Below, in pieces: positions 56,401-64,000 of a stretch of 64,000 nt of DNA. The position numbers were made by a program, and so were the translations under genes. The notes below the pieces were generated by a model that did not search any database, was not told the origin of the DNA, and saw only the letters and a list, made by a program, of their open reading frames with translations. Source of the DNA: an uncultured Planctomycetota bacterium (GTDB lineage Bacteria > Planctomycetota > Planctomycetia > Isosphaerales > Isosphaeraceae); NCBI GenBank assembly GCA_963845755.1, contig CAWJTV010000031.1:96001-160000 (forward strand), in the 5' to 3' direction. Each line of letters begins with the position of its first letter. Position 1 is the first letter of the stretch.

Positions 56401-59400
56401 ACGTCTGGACGACCGTCGCGGGCGCGGTGAACTACAGCGGGATGACCGATCCCACCGGCACGAACGGCGACATCTCGGCGAACCCCAAGTACGTCAACGC
56501 CGCAGGCGGCAGACTATCGCCTGAACTACCTCAGCCCAGGTATCGATTCCGGCAACGCCCTCGTCGCTCCTGCCACCGACATGCTGGGCGACCCGATGTA
56601 CAACGATCCGCGGACCAATCCCAAAACCGGTGTGCCGAACCGAGCGGCACCTATGCCGACATGGGGGCCTACAACTTTGTCGAGTCGGCCCTGTCGAATC
56701 TCGACATGATCGTGACGTCCGTCGTCGGGCCGGGCACCGCCACGGCGGGCGGCCAGGCGATCATTGACTGGACCGACGCCAACATCGGCACGGGCACGGT
56801 CGTCGGGCCGTGGCACGACAGCATCTACCTCGTGAGCAACCCTGGCCCGAACCAGGTGGAGATCTTGGCCGCCCAGCTCCTGGTCGGCCAGGGCGTCACG
56901 CTCGGTCCGGGGCAAAGCTGCAACCTCTCGGCCACCGTTGATGTGCCGGGCGATGCGGCTGGAACGCATTACTGGGCAGTCGAGGTGAACTCAGCCGGCG
57001 ACATCTTCGTCGGGCGCGAACACGGCCAAAACCACGCTCATCTCCCCCGCGCCCGTCGCTTTGTCCGTGCCAACGTTGGCGATTGACGCCGGGACGGTCT
57101 CCGGGCAGTTCAACGGCGTTGGCTCGCAGGCTTGGTACGAATTCGTTCCACAGGCCGGGCAGGACATCCAGGTGAATCTGAACATGGCCGACACGAGAGG
57201 GGCCGCGGGAATCTACATCGGCCAGGGCTACATGCCCAGCGCCCAGCACTATGACGAGACCCAGACGCAATGGAACTCCGCGAAGGTTTCGGCCCTCGTG
57301 CCGAACACGGTTGCGCAGCAGTATTACGTGCTGGTGCAAGCGAGCGCTCTCAGCGGAGCCAGCAGTGCATTCACGCTGACGGCGCATGCCCTGGGCTTCG
57401 AGCTGGATTCGTTCAGCCCCACGACCATCAACAACACGCGGCCAGGTAACCCTCCAGCTAAAGGGCGGTCAACTGGGCGTAGGGGATGACGTACGAGATT
57501 ACCGACTCCGACGGGAACGTGTACACGGCCACGTCCGTAAACGTTATTAACTCATCCCTGGTCGATGCCACCTTCGACCTGAACGGCATCCCGACCGGCG
57601 GATTCAGCGTAAGCGTTACCTCTCCGGAGGAAGGACCCCACACTCAAAGGCGGCATTGTCAAATTCGCCGACCCTAGGAAAGACTAAATTCTACCGTGAC
57701 GGTTTCCCCGGCGGAAGTCAAGTGTAGCCAGCCCTATACGGTTGATGTCAAAATCACCAACACGGGCGGGTCTGACATCACCTTGTGCGAACGTGCAACT
57801 ATTATTTAATGGCACGCCCTACGCGACGAGCCTAATACCGGCCACGATCACAGTAGCGGCAGGGGCAACGTGGCCGCAATCGGGCTCGGAAATGGTCCTC
57901 GTAACCGCGGGATCGTATCCACCCGGATCCTCCAATTCCGAAACCTGGACCCTTACCGACGATCAACCTGAGGTAACGCCAACAACCTTGAAATTCGACA
58001 CAGGAGCGGGGGGCGGTGTCTATTACAGCTACAATGTTGCGGGTGGACCGCTCGCGCAAGCAACGAGTCTTGATCTGTTTTGGGCACCAAACAGCTCCTC
58101 GTATAACCCCAGGCGCCGACACGCTGGCCAAAGAAATAACAATCCCCGCCGGCACAGGGAATGGAGCCTCCGGTCTTCAACCAGTGACAGCCAGCACGCT
58201 TGGCTCCTCCGCCAATGGGAACGCCAATGGGAACGATGTACCTGTTGGCTGTTACCGATCCTGGCAACACCCTAAATGATTTTGACCCAAGCACAAACGT
58301 TATTGCGTTTGATGTCTCACCTGCCGTGATCCTTACTAATTCTGTCACGGTTACCCCCCCACGGGAGCATCAATCACAGCTACCTTTACGCCGGCCGGAG
58401 GGGCTCTGACCCTCCAACAAGCGTACAATGATATGTGGCGTCAATCATTTCAACTGGTCCCAGACGGTAACTGAACCCTCAGACTGGCTTGCTTACTCCG
58501 GGGGACCAGGGCAAACGGATATACTACTCTGCCTGACGGTAGTCAAGTTCCCGCCGGCACCGAAAAGCCACTGACGCACATGGATCCTGTGAACTATACC
58601 TACAGCGACTTTTCGCCTTACCTGCCCAACGTCGCTGACACCATAACCGGTGATCTCTATGCAAGCGGGTTTTCCTACATTGACGAGAGTCCACCAGATT
58701 GGCGAAGCAGCGGCCCTAGGGGTGGCGTTCTGGATAACTTCACTTTTCAGTTTGAGGACGCGCCTTCAGACAAGGCCGGATTTTTTGGTCCTGGTGAATC
58801 CCTGCAGTTCGTTACTACTTTGATCGGGGTTAGCGCTGCCGGGACCTCAGTGTCTTTGTTTGGCGGCGGTATTTCTTTCAACTGGCATTCCAACTATACG
58901 TTCGCGTACGGGACGCTGCCGGGGGGCGGCCAAGCGACTTTGGACACTGTTCTGACCACTTGGCAACCACCAGTGGTTGTGCCCGTTCCCCCAGCCACTG
59001 TAATGCACCAAACCTTGGGATCGGCTACCGAAAAGGTGGTCCAGTCCGGCGATCCCAACGACATGATCGCGGGCGGATTTGGGCCGGTCGGCTGGATTGT
59101 CGGCGATCAGACAATTCCCTACACGATCGACTTTGAAAACATGCCCACGGCCGCTGCGCCGGCAGCACAGGTCGTGATCACCGACCAACTCTCCGCCAAC
59201 CTCGACTGGAGCACCTTCCAGCTTCAGCAAATCTACTTCAACAACGTCGAAATCCAGGTTCCGCCCGGCCTTCAAAATTACACCACGCAGGTCCACGTAG
59301 GCACCGACCCCAACCCTGTTGACGTCACCGCCGCTTTCAATCCCGACACGGGCGTCGTTACCTGGACCATGACGTCCATTAACCCCGTGACCGGTCAGGA

Positions 59401-60730
59401 AGTGACAGACCCGTTGGCCGGTTTTCTGCCGCCCGACAATGCCGACTTTGCCGGGTCGGGCCTCGTGAGCTATACCATTGACCCGAAAGCCGGACTGGCC
59501 TCGGACACGCGGGTCACGGGCCAGGCCAGCATTGTTTTCGATGTCAACGCGGCGATGGAAACCCCGCAAACTCTCAACACCGTCGACGTCACCCCGCCCA
59601 CCAGCAGCGTGCAGGCGCTCCCGGCCAAGGAATCGCAGACGAGCTTCAACGTCTCGTGGAGCGGCCAGGACTTGCTGCCGGACAGCAGCCAAGGCGCCGG
59701 AATCGCGTCGTACAACGTCTATGTTTCCGACGACGGAGGGCCGTTCACACTCTGGAAGTCTGACACGACCGCGAACTCGGCGACATTTACGGGCCAGTTC
59801 GGCGACGCATACAGCTTCTACAGCATCGCCACCGACAACTTGGGGAACGTCCAGCCGCCGCCGGCGGCGGCCCAGACGACCACTTATCTCGTCGGCTTGC
59901 CCACCAGCGTTGTCGCTGTCTTGCCCGCCACCACGACGGGCACGAGCTTCACGGTGAGCTGGAGCGGCTCTCCGGGGGTAGGCGCTACGAGCATCGCGTC
60001 GTACACGATCTACGACTCGGACAACGGTGGGCCGTTTACGGCTTTCTTGACCAATACCACGTTGACATCGACCACCTTCACAGGCCAACTCGGCCACACG
60101 TACGGCTTCTACAGCGTGGCGACCGATAACCTCGGCGACGTCCAGCCAACGCCGAGCGCTGCCCAGGCTAAGATAACCGTGGTCAATACGCAGCCGCCCC
60201 CACTCGTCATCGTCCAATCATTGCAGGTGGAAACGATCAAACTTGGAAAGGGGAAGAAGGCGAAGAAGGAGACGGTCTTGGTTCTTCAGATCAGCGGAGC
60301 GCTCAACGCCGGTGCGGCTGACAACATCGGCGCCTACGAGCTCGTGCCCGTCATCAAGGTGAAGGCCACGGGGAAGGGAAAGCACAAAAAGCCGGCGACA
60401 ACCAAGCTCGGCAAACCCGTTGCGCTGGCCTCGGCGGTGTACAATGGCTCCAACCACCAGGTGACACTAACGCCTCGGGGCACCGTAAACCTGACGAAGC
60501 CGGAGGAGTTAATCGTCAACGCCGCGCTCGTGACAGACACGCTCGGCCGCGAGATCGACGGGAACGACGACGGCCAACCCGGCGGTGACTACATCGCGAC
60601 GATCAAATCCGACCATGCCACGACGGGCGGAATCCCCCTCGCGCGAAAAGGCAACCCGACAGCCGCGGCAATCGACGCGATGTTCGCCGCCAATACCCTC
60701 GTTCACTTCAGGCAGCGTCCCGGTCGCTAA
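53490..60730 (+). CDS. Giant (~2400 aa) multidomain surface/adhesin-like protein, many frameshifts
   Basis: EQLESRQLLS motif, six propeller-like repeats, two cadherin-like repeats, beta-helix-like region, CARDB-like domain (VVGPWHDSIYL), DPND...YTIDFEN domain, two Ig-like repeats and a Lys-rich C-terminal domain. Confidence 0.8.
53690..54420 (+). repeat. Six tandem ~123-bp coding repeats (TIGEYTTSGATVNASL; probable beta-propeller blades)
   Basis: Repeat core starts at 53712, 53835, 53959, 54082, 54210 and 54334. Confidence 0.9.
54436..55075 (+). repeat. Two 330-bp-period coding repeats (cadherin-like)
   Basis: VTNATTGE.VQ..SGLVITP...FQIT.I.GGSLFLNDGVTPVTNG.FI..AQGAAGLKFTP at 54436 and 54766. 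Confidence 0.85.
59590..60185 (+). repeat. Two ~100-aa Ig/Fn3-like coding repeats
   Basis: PTS.V..LPA....SF.VSWSG...IASY..Y.SD.GGPFT...TFTGQ.G..Y.FYS.ATDNLG.VQP, twice. Confidence 0.85.
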
Positions 60731-61137
60731 CCATCGACAACACGAGATCCGGCGTCGTGGCGAATACTTAAGGCATGCTTCTCGACGGGTCATCCTGGGG
60801 TCATCCTGCGGTCGGACCTATTTTCAATTTGATAGCTCAAGTCGTATCCTGGTTTTCTTCGACTTCTTCCAACCTAAGCGATCTCGTAGCCCGACGAATC
60901 CCGCCTAGGGCGACTTCCGTTCTGCAACGCCGAAAATCAGAATAGTCTACTCGCCAGTGCGCCGAGATTTCCCCCTCGACGCCGGCGCGATTCGCAGTAT
61001 CCTTGCCCTGACATCCGCCGGCAGCCGGTGCCAGGAAGCGACAAGCTCGCGCAGATCCAAATCTGTGCAGGCTATATGCAGACAGTGAAGAGGGGTGTCG
61101 CCGCAAGTGCTATTCTGTGTATCGAGTTGTGGATTCT

Positions 61138-61169
61138 GGGACGCGGGTGCAATTCCCGCCGCCTCCACT
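61138..61169 (+). repeat. attR direct repeat (duplicate ssrA 3' end)
   Basis: Exact 32-bp copy of 47801-47832 without the rest of the tmRNA upstream. Confidence 0.9.
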
Positions 61170-61170
61170 C

Positions 61171-61205
61171 ATAGCCACTTGCGATTCGTCGTAAGTGGCT
61201 ATTTT
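61171..61205 (+). terminator. Hairpin with T tail immediately after attR
   Basis: ATAGCCACTTGCGA-TTCG-TCGTAAGTGGCTAT followed by TTT. Confidence 0.7.
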
Positions 61206-61237
61206 CATTTGAGCTGCGTCGCTGACCTATTTCGCAA

Positions 61238-61582
61238 GGGCCGCGTCTTCCAAGCAAGCTCCTCCAGCTCGGGCTTCCGGCTCGCGCCATGGTCCGCCGC
61301 GAGGACGACCGGGCGGTGGCCTTGCGGGTCGCCGGCGCCGAGGTGGTAGTTGGAGACTTACTCGAACCGGCCGACTTCTAGCGGATTGCCATCGGCTCTC
61401 GGCGGGGCGACTTCGGCATGTCTGTGTCCGACGGGTACATGACGGCGACCGTGACCATGGCGGCGGTCGTTCGCGAATTCGGGATGGACGCCTTTGTCAA
61501 CGTGTCCCAGATGACCGTATCCCAGATGCGCATCCCGGCCACCACTACGAGCCCTCAGCAGCGGAAGCACTGGCTCAGCGAG
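61238..61582 (+). pseudogene. Fragment of an NmrA-like NAD(P)H-binding protein
   Basis: LLQLGLPARAMVRREDDRAVALRVAGAEVVVGDLLEPADF*...FVNVSQMTVSQM...SPQQRKHWLSE; internal stop, both ends missing. Confidence 0.7.
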
Positions 61583-61718
61583 CTGCGCGAATCGTATCGG
61601 GCGTGTCGATGCTTTTCTCCTGCGCCGGTGTCCGAACGGTTGCAGCTCGTTCGTTGTATTCACACAAGGCGGAGGACAGGCCTCCGCCCGCGTATGCGAA
61701 ACCGTCGGGAGTACCGTC

Positions 61719-62045
61719 ATGGCGAAGTTTCTGTTCATCTATCGCGAATCCACGGAGAGCCGTCCCAAGCCGTCTCCTGAGGAAATGCAGGCGTTGCAGA
61801 CGGGCTGGTACACATGGATGCAAAAGTTCAGCGCAGCGATTGTGCCCGGAGGCGACGGATTGAAGCATAGCGGCCGAGTTCTGAAGGATGGACTCGTGAC
61901 CGACGGTCCCTACGTCGAAGCCAAGGAAATCATCGTCAGCTTCGCGATCATCCAGGCCGACAACTACGACGCGGCGCTGGCGATCGCCCGTGAGTGTCCG
62001 CCCGGCCATACGATCGAGATCCGCGAATTTGCTGGCTACGCATGA
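61719..62045 (+). CDS. YciI/DGPF family protein
   Basis: VTDGPYVEAKE...IIQADNYDAALAIARECP...IEIRE. Confidence 0.9.
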   Translation: MAKFLFIYRESTESRPKPSPEEMQALQTGWYTWMQKFSAAIVPGGDGLKHSGRVLKDGLVTDGPYVEAKEIIVSFAIIQADNYDAALAIARECPPGHTIEIREFAGYA

Positions 62046-63316
62046 GCGAACCCCGAGCGCTGGTGGAGCACTTCTTTCGCCACGAGTTCGGCCGGCTCGT
62101 CGCCGTGCTGACCCGGTCGCTCGGCGTGCGCCGGCTCGACCTCGTCGAGGACGTCGTTCAAGCCGCGCTCGTGCAGGCCCTGGAAATCTGGTCTCGCCGC
62201 GGCGTGCCTGAAGACCCAGCCGGCTGGCTCTACCGCACCGCCCGCAACCTGGCGATCGATGCGTTGCGGCGGGAGCGAACCCACGCCCTGGCATTGCCGC
62301 GCCTGGCCGAAGACGCCGAGCGGGAATCGTCGCAGCCCGAAGCGCATTTCGCCGACGAGATCGGCGACGAACCGCTTCGCCTGCTCTTCGTCTGCTGCCA
62401 CGAAGCGGTGCCGGCCGAATCCCGCGTCGCCATCGCGCTGCGGACGATCTGCGGTTTCAGCACCGCGGAGATTGCCCGCGCATTGCTCACCACCGACGCC
62501 AATGTCCAGAAGCGGATTGAGCGGGCGCGGGATCGACTGCGCGAGCTGGACGTGGATTTTGACACGCCGGCTGCGGCCCAGCTTTGCGCTCGGCTGGACG
62601 CGGTTCTCGCGGTCGTCTATCTCCTCTTCAGTCAGGGCTGCCACGTCACCCATGGCGACATGCCGATCCGCCGTGGCCTGTGCGATGAGGCCCGCCGGCT
62701 GGCGCGGATGCTCGCCGCCCATCCCGTCGGCGACGTGCCGGCGGTCCATGCCTTGCTCGCGCTGATGTGCTTCCACGGGGCCCGCTTCGACGCGCGCGTC
62801 GCTCTCGACGGCGCCATCGTTCTGCTTGAGGAACAGGATCGCTCCGCCTGGAACTGGAGCGACGTGCGTGAAGGTATGGCGTGGCTCGCCAGGTCAGCCG
62901 CCGGTGACGAGTTGACGCGCTATCACGTGGAAGCCGGCATCGCCTGGGAGCACTGTCGTGCGCCGACCTTCGCTGATACCGATTGGCTACGGATGGCCGA
63001 ATTGTACGACACGCTCGATCGCATCGCGCCGTCGCCGCTGAACTCCCTCAACCGCGCGGTCGTCGAAGCTTACGTGCACGGCCCGCAAGCCGGCCTCGAG
63101 CGATTGGCCGCTGTTCTACCGGAAAACGTTCCCACACGTTATCCCGGTTGGCACGTGGTGATCGGCGAGCTCCATTTCCGCCTCGGCCGACACTCCGCCG
63201 CCGAGCGCGCCTGGCGGCAAGCCCTAAGCCTTACCACGGCCCGCGCCGATCGAGAATTCTTGCGTCGCCGCCTCGCCATCTGTCGGCCCGATGGAGGCGA
63301 GCCCGCCACTGAGTAA
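62042..63316 (+). CDS. ECF sigma factor with C-terminal helical/TPR extension (ECF42-like)
   Basis: VEDVVQAA, PAGWLYRTARN, LRLLFVCCH, VYLLFSQG and LNRAV; ATGA-coupled to the YciI gene. Confidence 0.9.
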   Translation: MSEPRALVEHFFRHEFGRLVAVLTRSLGVRRLDLVEDVVQAALVQALEIWSRRGVPEDPAGWLYRTARNLAIDALRRERTHALALPRLAEDAERESSQPEAHFADEIGDEPLRLLFVCCHEAVPAESRVAIALRTICGFSTAEIARALLTTDANVQKRIERARDRLRELDVDFDTPAAAQLCARLDAVLAVVYLLFSQGCHVTHGDMPIRRGLCDEARRLARMLAAHPVGDVPAVHALLALMCFHGARFDARVALDGAIVLLEEQDRSAWNWSDVREGMAWLARSAAGDELTRYHVEAGIAWEHCRAPTFADTDWLRMAELYDTLDRIAPSPLNSLNRAVVEAYVHGPQAGLERLAAVLPENVPTRYPGWHVVIGELHFRLGRHSAAERAWRQALSLTTARADREFLRRRLAICRPDGGEPATE

Positions 63317-63458
63317 TGCCGGCCCAAGGAAAAAGACGCGGTCGAATCCCGAGCTGTCCCGGAAATGGACTCCACCTCACTGATTCATGAGCCTCCTCAG
63401 CCACGTGCTTCTTATGCGTGGCATTCCAAATTCTGGCTAGATGGCCTTGCGTGATTCC

Positions 63459-63520
63459 GGGAGGGCGAGGCTCCGTCCGATCAGGATGGGGACAGAACTC
63501 ACCGGGAGGCTCGCCCTCCC
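63459..63520. repeat. REP-like inverted repeat
   Basis: GGGAGGGCGAG ... CTCGCCCTCCC, between convergent genes. Confidence 0.7.
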
Positions 63521-63549
63521 AGGATCGTGCAAAGCCATTTAGGTGCTTC

Positions 63550-64000
63550 TCATGACTCCTGTTCGTTGTGTCCGTCCTCTGGGTTGTGCTCAAATACCTC
63601 ACTGAGAGGGGAATGCGTCTCGTCCTTGAGGAGTTTGCGTCCGCCGTCCAGTTGCCCGAATAAATAATACAGGCCGGGAATGACCAAGACTCCGATCACC
63701 GTGCCCACCAGCATCCCGCCGGCTCCCGTCGTGCCGATGGTTCGGTTGCCGATCGCCCCGGCGCCGCTGGCCACCACCAACGGAAGCAGACCCGCGATGA
63801 ACGCGAACGACGTCATCTGAATCGGCCGGAACCGCAGTTTTGCGCCTTCGACCGCCGCCTCCTGGAGAGACACGCCTTCCAGTCGACGTTGGACCGCGAA
63901 TTCCACGATCAAGATCGCGTTCTTGCCCAGCAGGCCGACCAGCATCACCAGACCAATCTGGGCGTACACGTCGTTAGCCAAACCCATGGCCTGCAGGAAG
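63550..64000 (-). CDS. RND efflux permease (HAE1/AcrB family), C-terminal part; runs off window end
   Basis: QIGLVMLVGLLGKNAILIVEFA, LRFRPIQMTSFAFIAGLLPL and IGT..GGML. Confidence 0.93.
   Translation of the reverse strand, partial: FLQAMGLANDVYAQIGLVMLVGLLGKNAILIVEFAVQRRLEGVSLQEAAVEGAKLRFRPIQMTSFAFIAGLLPLVVASGAGAIGNRTIGTTGAGGMLVGTVIGVLVIPGLYYLFGQLDGGRKLLKDETHSPLSEVFEHNPEDGHNEQES

Larger units (their letters stand above)
47801..61169. mobile_element. ssrA-integrated genomic island (~13.3 kb), no integrase seen
   Basis: Bounded by a 32-bp direct repeat of the tmRNA 3' end; visibly AT-richer stretches; accessory and decayed cargo. Confidence 0.85.

Noticed and set aside
47833..61137. Prophage or ICE
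   Set aside because: No structural, replication, conjugation or recombinase genes could be recognised.
61100..61170. Second tRNA or tmRNA gene
   Set aside because: Only the 32-nt 3' portion is present, with no matching 5' acceptor strand upstream; it is an att duplicate.

Overview
A GC-rich bacterial chromosome segment whose gene content points to a planctomycete, most likely Isosphaeraceae-like. The evidence is LEPRxLL-type surface proteins, ECF sigma factors with large extensions or a partner Ser/Thr kinase, Tat-exported oxidoreductases, a sulfatase and palindromic intergenic repeats; the taxonomy is inference. Many long genes are broken by single-base frameshifts, including conserved enzymes such as zwf and ndh, which suggests long-read indel errors on top of some real pseudogenes. 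Core genes include rpe (partial), amt, ppa, ndh, zwf, smpB, ssrA, an ABC exporter operon, a YciI/ECF42 pair and a partial RND permease. The main structural feature is a ~13.3 kb island inserted at the 3' end of ssrA and bounded by an exact 32-bp direct repeat (47801-47832 and 61138-61169). It has no visible integrase. It carries an AcrVA2-like relic, a divergent pair of putative nucleases (HNH-like and PD-(D/E)xK-like; candidate defence module), a LarA-like pseudogene and a ~7.2 kb mosaic surface-protein gene. Outside the island the most unusual loci are a pseudokinase-kinase-SRPBCC-DUF5939-degenerate cyclase fusion, an ECF/kinase pair with sugar-binding-type sensor modules, and a mycofactocin-type SDR paired with a CxxC AhpD-like protein. 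Family assignments come from motif recognition only; no database searches were run.
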